From sequence record NC_027395.1: a stretch of 64,000 nt of DNA; one strand, written 5' to 3'. Below are positions 9,642-21,677 of the stretch, one piece after another (within the stretch, counting starts at the first letter, position 1; each line of letters begins with the position of its first letter). A program made the position numbers and the translations under genes. This stretch comes from Escherichia phage vB_EcoP_SU10. The notes under the pieces were generated by a model. That model did not search any database, was not told where the DNA came from, and saw nothing but the letters and a program-made list of their open reading frames with translations.

Positions 9642-10610
9642 ATGGGACTTTTCGGAGGCGGGGGTAGTAAAACTACTTCCCAAATGATTCGCCCTGAATA
9701 CATTCAACAGTATATTGACCAGCTTAACCAACAGATTGGTAATACTAGTTCAGGAGATTATGTCTATCGTGACAATGTAGGGTTTAATAATAATCAGACA
9801 GAGGCACTTAATAACCTAGCACAATCTGGCGCTTTGGGCACTCTCTCACAGCAATACATGGATGCAGCAGGTCAAGGGTTAGGGTATCTGGATAATGCCT
9901 ATAAAGGCTATCAGAGCCTTTCTGGACAAGGTGGGATTACTGGAGAACAGATTGGTGCTCTCGCTGGTCAACTGTATGATGATGACGCTGTGCAAGCAGC
10001 CATTACAGCTAATAATGAACAGGTTCAACAGAACTTGGCACGTAATGCTCTTCCTCAGTTAGCTCAACAGTTTGCTGGTCAACAAGGTTCAGGTGCTCGT
10101 ATGGCTAAGTCTTTTGCCCAAGGCGATGCTCTGAATCAGATGCAGGGCCAAGCAACAGATATCACCAATAGTGCCTATAACTCGGCTATTAGCCAAGCTG
10201 AAAGCATCCTCTCTGGTAATAGACAGAATCAGGCAGCTGCTCTCTCTGGTCTTTCTAATATTGGTTCTAACCTTTCTAACCTAGGTCAGCAGGGTGCTAA
10301 TTTGTCTCAACAGCAAATAATGAATCAATGGAATGCAGGGTTGCAGCAACAACAGCAACAACAGAATGAATATGATAATGCCTACCAGAATGCTCAGAAC
10401 GCAGCTAATTGGGGATGGCAAGATATCAATAACCAACTCGGTGCAGCAGGTGTACTTAACGGTGCTCTCGGACAAACTACAACTACTAAAACATCTGGTG
10501 GCAAAGGTGGTTTCCTTGGTGGAGCTATGAGTGGTGCAGCAGCTGGCTCTTCCTTTGGACCTTGGGGTGCATTAGCTGGGGGTGTAATCGGTGGGTTGGC
10601 TAGTACTTAA
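9642..10610 (+). CDS. Gln/Asn/Gly-rich virion protein (paralog B)
   Basis: MGLFGGGGSKTTS ... GFNNNQTEALNNLAQS; tandem paralog of 8577..9629. Confidence 0.5.
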   Translation: MGLFGGGGSKTTSQMIRPEYIQQYIDQLNQQIGNTSSGDYVYRDNVGFNNNQTEALNNLAQSGALGTLSQQYMDAAGQGLGYLDNAYKGYQSLSGQGGITGEQIGALAGQLYDDDAVQAAITANNEQVQQNLARNALPQLAQQFAGQQGSGARMAKSFAQGDALNQMQGQATDITNSAYNSAISQAESILSGNRQNQAAALSGLSNIGSNLSNLGQQGANLSQQQIMNQWNAGLQQQQQQQNEYDNAYQNAQNAANWGWQDINNQLGAAGVLNGALGQTTTTKTSGGKGGFLGGAMSGAAAGSSFGPWGALAGGVIGGLAST

Positions 10611-10623
10611 TTAGGAGATAAAT

Positions 10624-12279
10624 ATGCAACAGACAACTTACGCTCAGGTCAGAAGTCGTGACCCGAGAAATACTTTCTATGGTGTTAATCCGGGAGCGGC
10701 TTCGGCCTCTCCTTATATGGCTAGACCAACTCAGACAGCAGATATTTCTATGTATCAACGTCCTGCTGTACCTTCATCTCTTGCGGGTCTTGTCTCTCAG
10801 GCAGAAGAAGATCAGAATGCTATGATTAATCCGGGATTCCAGCAACGTCTTATGGAACAGCAGAATCAAGGAACTCCTACCAGTCTTCAGGGTATTGATA
10901 TTGGAGCACCGGCCCCTGTATCAGCTAATCCTAACCTATCCACTGATCAAGGTTTACAGGATGCTGGGCTTATGCCTAGTGACCCTCTTCCGGTAACACC
11001 TCCTCCTAAACCACTAGAAGCTGGTCCTATGGAGTTTACTCCTTCTCAGGTGGAACAGGCACAAGGTGTGATTAATACTCTTGCTCAAGGACAAGACGCT
11101 GGTGATGGAATGACTGCTGCTACTCGTGCTAAAGATCAGGAACGCGTCAACAACGATATCTTGCAAGTTGCGAAAGCTAAAGACCCTTCGGAAGCTTGGA
11201 ACAAACTACAGAAAGAACCATTCTATCAGAACTCTAGTTTCTACACAGGTTTGATGGGTGTAGGTCTTTCCATTATGTCAGGTAAGTCTCCTATTGAAGC
11301 TTTCCAGATTGGTCAGGGAATGGCTAATCAAGATGAGACTAAGAAGCAACTGGAAGCTAACCGTGATGCTCTGATTGAACAAGGCTTCTCTCAAGACTCG
11401 ATCGCAGCTGCTATTGCTAACGGAGACCCATCTCTTCTGAAGATGAAAGCTGTAGACCCTGCTCAGAAAGAAGCTCTGTATGCTGCTCGTGAAGAACGTC
11501 AGAATGCTGAATGGGATAGACGTCAACAGATTCAAGAGCAGGCTATGCGTGAACGTGCCGAGGAAACTCGTCGTGCTGCTGAAAAAAGAACTGATATGAA
11601 CTTTGAACGTCAGAAAGAGTTGATTGGCTATCGTGATAAAATTAAGGCTGAACGTGCTGAACAAGTTGCTCAAAGTTTCAACTTCCCCACGAAAGAAATT
11701 CGTAACGCTCAGAATACAGCTGAAGGTACTATCGCTAAGCAGTGGGCAGAGAAAGGTGGCCTGTTTAATCAGTCTAATAAAGACTTGGACTTGGCTGATA
11801 AAGCTGTTAAGGACAAAGACTATCAGACGGCCCGTTCTGCTTACATGCAGGCTATCATGAACTCCGCAAGGGCTGAAATTGGTTCTACTCGTTCTCTCAC
11901 TGAAGAAGATTTGGGGCATTTTGCAGAAGACCCATCAATCATTATCCGTGTAGGTAACAAGTTTGCTCTGAAGTCTGGATGGCGTCCTACTGATGCTGCT
12001 CTTGCTTATGCTCGTAAACAGGCTAACGTCGGTCACACCTCTGCTATGAAAGGTGTTGCTGATGCTAAGAGAGATACTATCAACGCTTATATTGGTTCTG
12101 GTATGGATAAGAAGAGAGCTACTGCATTGGTTAACCGTGCAATTCCTTCTGGTGGTTTCTATGACCCTCTTGGTGCTTTCTCTGAAGAAGCAGAGGAGGC
12201 AGTTGGTGGTGCAGCAACTAATCCTAAACTGAACGGTGCTTTATCGGCTGTCGAAGACACTAGCTGGTTCACGCAATAA
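10624..12279 (+). CDS. internal virion protein candidate
   Basis: 551 aa, Pro/Gln-rich N-half and charged helical C-half; RBS TAGGAGA. Confidence 0.45.
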   Translation: MQQTTYAQVRSRDPRNTFYGVNPGAASASPYMARPTQTADISMYQRPAVPSSLAGLVSQAEEDQNAMINPGFQQRLMEQQNQGTPTSLQGIDIGAPAPVSANPNLSTDQGLQDAGLMPSDPLPVTPPPKPLEAGPMEFTPSQVEQAQGVINTLAQGQDAGDGMTAATRAKDQERVNNDILQVAKAKDPSEAWNKLQKEPFYQNSSFYTGLMGVGLSIMSGKSPIEAFQIGQGMANQDETKKQLEANRDALIEQGFSQDSIAAAIANGDPSLLKMKAVDPAQKEALYAAREERQNAEWDRRQQIQEQAMRERAEETRRAAEKRTDMNFERQKELIGYRDKIKAERAEQVAQSFNFPTKEIRNAQNTAEGTIAKQWAEKGGLFNQSNKDLDLADKAVKDKDYQTARSAYMQAIMNSARAEIGSTRSLTEEDLGHFAEDPSIIIRVGNKFALKSGWRPTDAALAYARKQANVGHTSAMKGVADAKRDTINAYIGSGMDKKRATALVNRAIPSGGFYDPLGAFSEEAEEAVGGAATNPKLNGALSAVEDTSWFTQ

Positions 12280-12299
12280 GACCTAAGTCCTGCCTTCTA

Positions 12300-12308
12300 T
12301 AATGTATA
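12300..12308 (+). promoter_or_regulatory. TAATGTATA promoter-like nonamer upstream of the large virion protein gene
   Basis: Exact TAATGTATA 38 nt upstream of ATG 12347; the same nonamer recurs upstream of other genes in this window. Confidence 0.5.
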
Positions 12309-12346
12309 TAGGGGGTAGGACATTTTTATTTATAAAAGGAGACGTT

Positions 12347-15300
12347 ATGGCTAACATTAAACCGTGGGAAGAAGCTTCCAAAGCTCCTGCGTATCTGAAT
12401 GCCTCTCCGGAGCAACAAGCTCAAATGAGAGAACAATATAAGGCAGCAGGTGGCTCTATTCCTGAGGAACAACCAGTAGCACAACCACAACAAGAAGAAC
12501 GTGGTGCTATAGGCGAGTTTGCTCAAGGTGTGTCAAATGCTCTTCAATCTGGTGGTGCAAATATTGCAGCTAGTGCTGCTAAAGGTATTGGTGGTTTAGT
12601 TGAGATTGGTGAGAATCTAGCTGGAGCACAGACTAGTTATGGTAAGCGTATCCAAGAGAACTCTCAGAACCTTCTGAAAGAACGTATGGATAAGATTGAG
12701 GATGGGATTGGCAAAACTGTTGGTCAGTATGCTGGCGTTGCTGGTGATATTGGTATGACTGTTGCTAACCCATTGGCTGCTGCTGCTATCATCGCAGGTC
12801 GTGAGACGGGTCGTGCATATGCAGACCAAACCCCTGAAGAGGGAGAAGATAAGTCTATTCTAGATGCAGCCTTAGTTGGTGGTGCTAACTATGCGGCCCA
12901 GAGAATCCTTCCGGGTGCTGTCGGCACAGCTGAGTCCACACTTGGACGTATTGGTCAGAACGTTGCCAGTAACGCAGTGGCTGGTGCTAAAGGTGGTGCT
13001 CTTGTTGGTGCTGCTGAAGTTCAGAACAAGTATGGGGATGACAATGATCTAGCTAAGACATTGGAAGGTGTTATCGAAGAGGGGGCTATGGGTGCTGCAT
13101 TTGGTGGTGCAGTTGGTGGGGTTCATGGTTTGATTAGCCGTCCGGATTCTGTTGTTTTCAAGAATACTCCAGAGTATGCGAAGACTGATATTGCTGCTGA
13201 TGACGAACTGATTCGTAGTGCTAAGAATGTTGATGAACTGAAAGAGGCTTACTCTAAAGCTGAAACTGCTAACGCTGCTTCTGCTCTGAACCTCCTCGAT
13301 GAGAATGGGTTCCGTATTACAGATGCTGTTGCTGTAGATTCTCCTGCTGCTCAGCGTATTCTTAACACTGACCAAGCTCGTGCTGAGAAAGCTGCTTCTG
13401 TTCAGAAAGAACACTCCAACATTCCGGGCCTTAATCCTTTAGCTTCTCCTGCTAAGACTCGTGGTAAAGCTTTCGCTGATAACGAGCACAACCAGAAACA
13501 GGCTGTTGCTATGAAGGATGCGATGGCTGACTATACCAAGGATAACACTAAAGCTCTTACAGATGTTTTAGATAACCTAGACCGTGAATTAACCTCTCTC
13601 CGAGCTTCTGGTGATTTTACTGGTAGTCCGATTGATATTAAGAATCGCACACAAGCTGACCGTGACTTCATTGATGCTTACAAGACTTTCTACAATGAAG
13701 CAAATCGATTCAAAGCTCGTGAAGGTGAAGACTTCAATAACTTTGTAGAGAAAGCTGCTGAACTACAGAAGATGGCTGATAATGTTTCTCCAGAGATGAA
13801 GAAAGCTATTGGCGGGTTGAAGAAACTGAAGGGTATGCCTGAAGGTTTTAATCCTATCCAAGATGCTTACACTCTGAACAATACAGCTAAATTTATGAGT
13901 AACCAAGATCGCGGTTGGACTTCCCTGACTGATGATGGTTTCCGTGAAGCTTCTTCTCCTAGCCTGGTAATGAACACTCTCGGTGCTGCTAAGTATGCTC
14001 TGAATCGCTTCTCTTCTCAGCGTGCTCGTTCTCAACGTGTTAAGCAACAAGAGTCTAACAGTGAAGCTATCCGCTCTCTGGCTCGTGGTGATTTGGAAGT
14101 TGCTCGTGCTAAATCTACTGCTAATGAAGCTCGTGCTAAGATGGAAGAAGAACCAGCTGTTGATGACATTAAATTTAAGACGCAAAATGATGTAGAAACC
14201 GAACCGGTTCGGGAGCCTTCTTCTAGTACTGTGACGGAAGAAAATCTTCCTTCTTCTGCTCCTCAAGAAACCCCTCTTACAGCTCGTGATTTAGTTGCGC
14301 AAAGACGTGCTATCCGTCAGGCTGAACAGCGTCGCGCTGAAGAAGAGGCAGCTGCTGCTCAAGAAGTTCCGGTTGAACAAGCTCCACAGGCTGAACCTCT
14401 CCCTGCTCGTAATCCTTTAGAGGAACGTCGTGCAATGGAACAGCAACGTGCTCAAGAAGAGGCCTCACAAGCTCCAGAACCAACCGTAGAGGAACCAACG
14501 GTCAAAGCTGAGCCATTACCTGCCCGTGCTCCTAAAGCTCCTAAGGAAGCTGTACAGGACGTTAAACCGGCAAGTGGTGTAGAACGTTTAGCTGCTATGT
14601 CTAGTGCTGCTCGTCAGGCTACTAAAGATCGTGCAGAACGCTTTGCTCGTTCTCTGTATTCTAAGGCTGCTAAGGCTAAAGCTACTGCTGAAAACTTCTT
14701 GGCTTATAAGGGCGATCCTAAGGAATTGATGCGTCGTATTCGTCAGGAAGATAATGCTATCAACACTGAACGTCATGAAGAAATGGCTCGTAACCAGCTG
14801 GCTTCTCAGCAAGGTATTGCTACTGCTAAGAACAACACTGTACGAACTAGTTTTGCTGAATGGGTTAAGGAACGTGGTCTGCCAGAAGACATTGCTACTA
14901 AGGCATTACGTGCTGAAGAGAAAGGTTTAGGTGGGAACGTAACTAACTTGGATAGTCTGAAACGTCGTGCTGAAAGGTTGTATCAGAAGCAGCGTGAGGA
15001 TGAGTTTGATAGATTATATCAACAAGCTCTAGAAGAGAACAAAGCTTTCGATAAGAAGGATGCTCCTAAACTGGTTGACCAGAAGAAAGAGCTTCAGTCT
15101 GAGATTGATGCTTTGATTGATTCAGAACCTTTACGTCCTGCTCAGAAAGATGCTATGCGTAAGCTGATGAATGATTTTGTAGATGGGAAGTTTAAATCTT
15201 CAGAGAAGGCTGGTAGGGAAGAGGCTTTGGAAGTTGGTCAGATGAAGGATATTTGGGATGGGTTTATTAACACCTATAACAGAGAAGTAAATGCCTTCAA

Positions 15301-16768
15301 CAAAGCTAACAAGAACTCTCAGTACGAAGCTGCTGCTAAGCATTTACAGGCTCGTGAAGAACGTCTTGCTACCCTCAGGAAAAAGGCTCAGGCTCGTTCG
15401 GATGCTAAGGCTGCTGTTGAGAATGAACGTAAAACTCTAGAGGCTATTGCAGCTCAGAAGAGTGAGATTGAGAAGATGATGGAAGGTTTACCTAAACCTG
15501 TTCGTGAGGCTCAGGAATCTCGTACTCTGAAACAGTTGGCTGCTCACCACGATAAGAACTCTCCAGTTCCTCCAGAGAAGTTCCGTAGTTATATTGAACG
15601 TATCCACAATGCCGAGTCAGATTACCTTGATCGTCAGCGTCGTTTAACTGATGCAGAGGAAGATGCTCGTCAGGCTAAGTGGAACAAGATGTATGAGCAA
15701 GCGGAAGAGATGAACCGTAAGTTTGATGTGGACAAGAGAGTTAAGCGCAGTGAAGAGCTTAAAGCGGCCCAAGAGCGTGAGAATGATCTTATGGCAGTAC
15801 AACGTCAACGTGATGACATTCATCGCCGCCTGATGCGTACTATGGAAGATAAGGGCATATCTAGAGAGGATGCTGAAGCGTTTGCCGGCTCCTATATGGA
15901 TAACCGTTATGCACTTCTTGAGAAACCTATGACTCCGACTGAACATCAGAATGCTCGTTCTCGTATCGAAGCTGATGTTGAGAAATTCGCTAAGAAGTAT
16001 GAATCAATGACTCCTATTGAGAAAGAGATTGTTAAGGTTACTGGAGATACTGAAGGTAAGCTTGATAACTTGGATGCGGATACTAGGAAGGCTATTGAGG
16101 AGGCTCAGAAGGTTGACTCTGATATTAAGAAACTGCAAGAGGAAGAATTGGAGATGGAGAAGATTCGTTCTGCTCTGCCTGATGATGAAAAATCTCAAGC
16201 AAATTCTGATATCTTGGAAAGCATTAAACAACAGGAAGAGGTCTTTGCTGATAAAGTAGAGAAAGCTTTCTTGAGTGGGAAAAGCTTGGATGAGTTGGCT
16301 AGTGTGGCTGAAGTTTTAGACAGGGTTCATGGTGCAGATAAGGCTGGTAACAACCGTCGCTTTGTACGTGCATTGCAGACTGCTGCTGAAAACAAGAAGA
16401 AGTATGGTGATAATCCAGTAGCTTGGTTTAGTGCTGATGATTACTCTGCCATTGCTAAACTTGGTGCTTCTTCCGCAGGTGGTAACAAATCCAGAGCACT
16501 GGAGAAGATCTTTGGTTCTACAGCTGAACAGGCTAAGAGTAAGTTGCTTGGTAGGGATGATGTAGCGAAGATGAGACGTGTGATTGAAGAGAACCCTGAT
16601 ATTAAGATTCCTTCTTACAAGACAACGAATCGTACTGAGTACTTGCAATTCTTGGAGAAGTTTAATGACGAAGGGAAGCCGAAGATTAAACGTGGCTCAT
16701 TGTCAGAGAAGCTTGAACGAAGTAAGCGTCAATCGAGACTCCGTGTAAGAGTTCGACCTAAGGAGTGA
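12347..16768 (+). CDS. large coiled-coil virion protein (internal core/ejection or tape-measure-like)
   Basis: 1474 aa from MANIKPWEEA with RBS AAAGGAGA; Ala/Glu/Lys/Arg-rich heptad-like sequence throughout; last gene of + module. Confidence 0.5.
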   Translation: MANIKPWEEASKAPAYLNASPEQQAQMREQYKAAGGSIPEEQPVAQPQQEERGAIGEFAQGVSNALQSGGANIAASAAKGIGGLVEIGENLAGAQTSYGKRIQENSQNLLKERMDKIEDGIGKTVGQYAGVAGDIGMTVANPLAAAAIIAGRETGRAYADQTPEEGEDKSILDAALVGGANYAAQRILPGAVGTAESTLGRIGQNVASNAVAGAKGGALVGAAEVQNKYGDDNDLAKTLEGVIEEGAMGAAFGGAVGGVHGLISRPDSVVFKNTPEYAKTDIAADDELIRSAKNVDELKEAYSKAETANAASALNLLDENGFRITDAVAVDSPAAQRILNTDQARAEKAASVQKEHSNIPGLNPLASPAKTRGKAFADNEHNQKQAVAMKDAMADYTKDNTKALTDVLDNLDRELTSLRASGDFTGSPIDIKNRTQADRDFIDAYKTFYNEANRFKAREGEDFNNFVEKAAELQKMADNVSPEMKKAIGGLKKLKGMPEGFNPIQDAYTLNNTAKFMSNQDRGWTSLTDDGFREASSPSLVMNTLGAAKYALNRFSSQRARSQRVKQQESNSEAIRSLARGDLEVARAKSTANEARAKMEEEPAVDDIKFKTQNDVETEPVREPSSSTVTEENLPSSAPQETPLTARDLVAQRRAIRQAEQRRAEEEAAAAQEVPVEQAPQAEPLPARNPLEERRAMEQQRAQEEASQAPEPTVEEPTVKAEPLPARAPKAPKEAVQDVKPASGVERLAAMSSAARQATKDRAERFARSLYSKAAKAKATAENFLAYKGDPKELMRRIRQEDNAINTERHEEMARNQLASQQGIATAKNNTVRTSFAEWVKERGLPEDIATKALRAEEKGLGGNVTNLDSLKRRAERLYQKQREDEFDRLYQQALEENKAFDKKDAPKLVDQKKELQSEIDALIDSEPLRPAQKDAMRKLMNDFVDGKFKSSEKAGREEALEVGQMKDIWDGFINTYNREVNAFNKANKNSQYEAAAKHLQAREERLATLRKKAQARSDAKAAVENERKTLEAIAAQKSEIEKMMEGLPKPVREAQESRTLKQLAAHHDKNSPVPPEKFRSYIERIHNAESDYLDRQRRLTDAEEDARQAKWNKMYEQAEEMNRKFDVDKRVKRSEELKAAQERENDLMAVQRQRDDIHRRLMRTMEDKGISREDAEAFAGSYMDNRYALLEKPMTPTEHQNARSRIEADVEKFAKKYESMTPIEKEIVKVTGDTEGKLDNLDADTRKAIEEAQKVDSDIKKLQEEELEMEKIRSALPDDEKSQANSDILESIKQQEEVFADKVEKAFLSGKSLDELASVAEVLDRVHGADKAGNNRRFVRALQTAAENKKKYGDNPVAWFSADDYSAIAKLGASSAGGNKSRALEKIFGSTAEQAKSKLLGRDDVAKMRRVIEENPDIKIPSYKTTNRTEYLQFLEKFNDEGKPKIKRGSLSEKLERSKRQSRLRVRVRPKE

Positions 16769-16776
16769 TAAAAGAA

Positions 16777-16808
16777 AAGCCCTCGAGGAGAAATCCAAGA
16801 GGGCTTTA
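16777..16808. terminator. bidirectional terminator at the junction of convergent modules
   Basis: AAAGCCCTC ... GAGGGCTTT inverted repeat flanked by A tract on one side and T tract on the other. Confidence 0.5.
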
Positions 16809-17131
16809 TTTGTTTCTAAGTTTTAAAAACCATCAAATTCGTCATACATCCCAATTTTCTTCAGAAGTCTGGATGTTCATCTTCAAAACATCCTGAGATG
16901 CCTCCGTAGAACCAATCTGATTTACTGCCAAGAATAACAACTTCTTCATTCATATAATCTCCTAGATTGTGTTTATAAAATTAATAAGTTTCTCTTCACT
17001 TTCATCAAAAGCTTTTCCAGCTGCTTCCATCTCCCAAGTATTGGCATTGTCAATAAAGCTCTGAGCTTCTAATAGATCGTGGATTAAGTCGAAGAGTTTA
17101 TTTTTATCTGTTTGTGTGATCATATCAGTTC

Positions 17132-17359
17132 CTAGATTAAATCGTAATACTGAATAATGTCAGAGAGTTTGAACTCTCGAATCTCATCTTTCTCTATATC
17201 TATCGCTGTCATAATCCAACAAGGTTTGCCACCGTTATGAAAACGGGAGCTAGCAACGGAGGTTCGGAGTGGAATAACGGACCGGTCAGCAATCTCGCCT
17301 CTCCAATTGCGATAGCGAAAGCGAAGCACTTGTTGCGTAGATTTTTGATCATCACTCAT
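17132..17359 (-). CDS. hypothetical protein
   Basis: C-terminal part of track ORF 17132..17500 not overlapped by the HNH gene; start chosen at internal Met. Confidence 0.3.
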   Translation of the reverse strand: MSDDQKSTQQVLRFRYRNWRGEIADRSVIPLRTSVASSRFHNGGKPCWIMTAIDIEKDEIREFKLSDIIQYYDLI

Positions 17360-17753
17360 TTCCTTTTTTGAATTGTTTTCTTGCATCATTCTCTTCTTTT
17401 GTTTTAATCTTATGACAAGGGTCTTTACACAGAACCTGAAACCCTTCTTTCTCACACAGGGCACGAGAGATGATTTCATCCCAAGTTGCTTCATGGTCAA
17501 GAGGAACTATAGGCTCTATGTGGTCAATAGCCATATCCTTTATAGGGTGGTCAGAACCACACATGGCACACTTAAAGTGCATTGCCAGTCTACCTGTCTT
17601 TGGATTAATCTTCTGCTCTGTCTTGGCGTCTGCTAGTGCATCGAACATGGGCTTCCACTTTCTAGTCAGAGAACGAATCCCTGACTTGATGAAAGAGTTG
17701 TAACGAGCTTCAGTCCACATTCCACTACAGCGAGTCTTCTCAGACTTCGCCAT
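17352..17753 (-). CDS. HNH endonuclease
   Basis: CAMCGSDHPIKDMAIDHIEPI ... LCKDPCH = C-x2-C / DH / C-x2-CH HNH signature. Confidence 0.6.
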   Translation of the reverse strand: MAKSEKTRCSGMWTEARYNSFIKSGIRSLTRKWKPMFDALADAKTEQKINPKTGRLAMHFKCAMCGSDHPIKDMAIDHIEPIVPLDHEATWDEIISRALCEKEGFQVLCKDPCHKIKTKEENDARKQFKKGNE

Positions 17754-17932
17754 AATCAGCTTCTTCCCAAACTCGTTTGTTTACACGATGACTCACTTTA
17801 CCCTCACGAGGAATACGACCAGTTCGCTGATCAAACAGTTGATGTTTAATCTTTTGGTCTTTACGAGATTCACGATTGGAGGAGTTTTCATCATATGAAC
17901 GATAATCAAATTTACCCATTATAATATCCTTA

Positions 17933-18751
17933 TTACCAAGATTTATCTAACCATGTCCAGTCGAACAGGTCTTCCGGAGTCTGACCAACAAAGAGAAGCC
18001 GAGCATTCTCAAGCATCTTCTCTTCATCTTCAGTATCGAACTTCTTATAATATTCCATTCGTACTATATGATACATGGTCCACTTGTCTGTAACACCAGC
18101 CAACAACTTAGCTGCTGCTTTCTTCCCTATTCCTTGACGTCGAAGCTGAAGCTTACCTCCCCACATAACTTCTTTACGTTCTCCACATCCGGGGATATTA
18201 TCTGTACCATCTCCAACCAACATCTGATAGAAGAAGTTTTGCCATGAAACTAAATCAGATACGTAGTGAGGAGGAACCTCTTTTTGTCTTTCTCCACAAG
18301 CCCAACGGTAATGCCATCCGGGAGTTATCAACAAATCCTTGTCTCTCGTACAGATGATAGTGTTCTTATCTCTACGTTGCCTTTCAGCTAATGCATCATC
18401 AGCCTCTCTCCCAAATACATCTATGTATTCATATTTACCTTTAATATAATCACCAACATTTTGCCAGTGAAAAGGTCTTTCTCCGGGAGGTCTATTTGCT
18501 TTGTAGTCTTGCTGTTTAGCAACATCAAAACGGAAGTTACCACCTTCGCTGAAGTAGAACACAACCTTGCTACAACCCGAGCGAGCTATGATTGTATCGA
18601 TCTTGTACTGAAGTCGTTCAATCATGAAATTGTAATCAACTGGAACACGTCCTGTGTCAAGGAAGGGATGCTCCTGAGTAAGAGCACCTACTTCATACCG
18701 AAGAACGTCAGCGTCCACTATAGCAACTTCAGGGAGCTTAACCTCTTCCAT
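17933..18751 (-). CDS. 5'-3' exonuclease / flap endonuclease
   Basis: GREADDALA, TRDKDLL and GDGTDNIPG motifs of the FEN / Pol I 5'-nuclease family. Confidence 0.65.
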   Translation of the reverse strand: MEEVKLPEVAIVDADVLRYEVGALTQEHPFLDTGRVPVDYNFMIERLQYKIDTIIARSGCSKVVFYFSEGGNFRFDVAKQQDYKANRPPGERPFHWQNVGDYIKGKYEYIDVFGREADDALAERQRRDKNTIICTRDKDLLITPGWHYRWACGERQKEVPPHYVSDLVSWQNFFYQMLVGDGTDNIPGCGERKEVMWGGKLQLRRQGIGKKAAAKLLAGVTDKWTMYHIVRMEYYKKFDTEDEEKMLENARLLFVGQTPEDLFDWTWLDKSW

Positions 18752-19627
18752 AAATATCATCCTGAGCTTGAGCAATAATCCAATCTAGATCTGATACTGC
18801 TGATTCAATAGTTGAGTCATTAAATAGTAGATATGTTTTTCTCTGCTCTCCTTCAATATATGAGCGAGAGTCTCCATCAAAAGAGCAACCATCTCTAAGA
18901 ACTTGGACAACTTGGACATGGAAATTCTTTTCTAGTTCTCGTACCTCTGCATCAAAACCTCCGTCAGTAAACATGACAATATCATCCTGACCTAACCCTT
19001 CTTGTTTGATGCTTTTTACAGCAAGATTCCCCATATGGTTGTTGCCAAACATAGGTTTTAAGAAGTCTTCACTTGTAGAAATCATCAAATCTCTTACAGA
19101 CTTCCCTCCCCATTCTGGTCTAGGTTTTTCTTTCCATTCACGGTCTTCATAGCGTGCTAGAAAGTTTTCTAGAGGTATGCCTAGTGCAGCAGCAGCTACC
19201 TTGTACATTGGCTCCTTGAAGGATTTGGTTGAATAATTGTGATGGTATGAATGGGCATTGACCCAAGCATTGGCTATCGTATCTTTACCACAACCCGGAG
19301 GCCCATTAAGAATTACTACTAAAGGCTTATAATGGGAATCTACCACCATGTTGGTCAGTGCTGGATTGCCTTGAGATTCCATTTCTAATTGCTCCGTGTG
19401 GTCATGTGAGTAGTCTACTGGAGAAGTTTTGTTACCAGTAACTTTAGGTAAAATCGCTCTAGTTGTTTCTACGTATTTACCGCCATCAATATTGATTTGA
19501 AACTCTACAAGCTCATTCTGTAACTCATATCCTGATAAGTTGGATAGCTCCTCCAACTCATCTCTGATGAAATTTAAATGTTTGATTTTAATTGCAAGAG
19601 CTTTCTTTAAAGCTTTTACCTCTTCAC

Positions 19628-19637
<10 letters not shown>
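18738..19637 (-). CDS. P-loop nucleotide kinase-like protein with N-terminal coiled coil
   Basis: Walker A VILNGPPGCGKDT similar to phage dNMP kinases; substrate not determinable. Confidence 0.45.
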
Positions 19638-21123
<1,486 letters not shown>

Positions 21124-21124
<1 letters not shown>

Positions 21125-21384
21125 TATTCTATTCCACGTTCTTTCAGAGCTTCTAACAATCCGTTGTGATTGGCAGCACATTCTGTGTACTGGTCCTGAT
21201 ACCACTCCAACGTAGTGGCTAGTGCTTTTCCTTGAGCACTCTCTAAAAGAGGTAGGTCAACCCTACATTCAGCTTTTAGGTTTGTTGGTAAGGGCATTGA
21301 TTGCCTGCTGTTGTCGCTCGTTGAACAAGCTGACATACTCATCACTAGCGCAGACATTATAAAAAACTGGTTTAGTTTTCTCAT
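21124..21384 (-). CDS. o-spanin candidate (outer-membrane lipoprotein)
   Basis: MRKLNQFFIMSALVMSMSAC signal peptide with lipobox-like Cys; overlaps 3' end of the i-spanin gene in another frame. Confidence 0.4.
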
Positions 21385-21619
21385 AATGCATCTCTTTATA
21401 AACGGTTTCCGTGTTCTTCTTCCAGTTAGATAAACCGGTAAGAACTCTCTGAGCAACTTCATCAGCTGCTCTATTTCTTTCAATCTCTAACTCTTGCTGG
21501 TGCTTCTCTTTGTCCAGATTACTGCTGTCTGTTTGATATTCGTTAAACTTCATACCACCAAAGAATACAAGAGCTGAGAAAACGATAAACCCTAAGTTAT
21601 CACTTAACGTGTTTTGCAT
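21269..21619 (-). CDS. i-spanin candidate
   Basis: N-terminal TM LGFIVFSALVFFGG then charged coiled-coil periplasmic domain; RBS GGAGA; classic overlapped Rz/Rz1-like layout. Confidence 0.5.
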   Translation of the reverse strand: MQNTLSDNLGFIVFSALVFFGGMKFNEYQTDSSNLDKEKHQQELEIERNRAADEVAQRVLTGLSNWKKNTETVYKEMHYEKTKPVFYNVCASDEYVSLFNERQQQAINALTNKPKS

Positions 21620-21631
21620 GTTGTCTCCAAC

Positions 21632-21655
21632 GAAAAAAGCCACCCGGAGGTGGCT
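21632..21655 (-). terminator. intrinsic terminator
   Basis: AGCCACC-TCCG-GGTGGCT hairpin followed by TTTTTT on - strand, after HNH gene. Confidence 0.55.
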
Positions 21656-21677
21656 AAGCTATAACAAGGAGAGTTAT

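Noticed and set aside
12302-12346. Track start of the 1488-aa ORF at ATG 12302
   Set aside because: That ATG is inside the TAATGTATA motif; the RBS AAAGGAGA precedes the ATG at 12347, so the first 15 codons are leader.
17132-17500. Full-length track ORF 17132..17500 (122 aa)
   Set aside because: Its 5' 149 nt overlap the HNH endonuclease gene in another frame; only the non-overlapping 3' part was retained as a low-confidence CDS.
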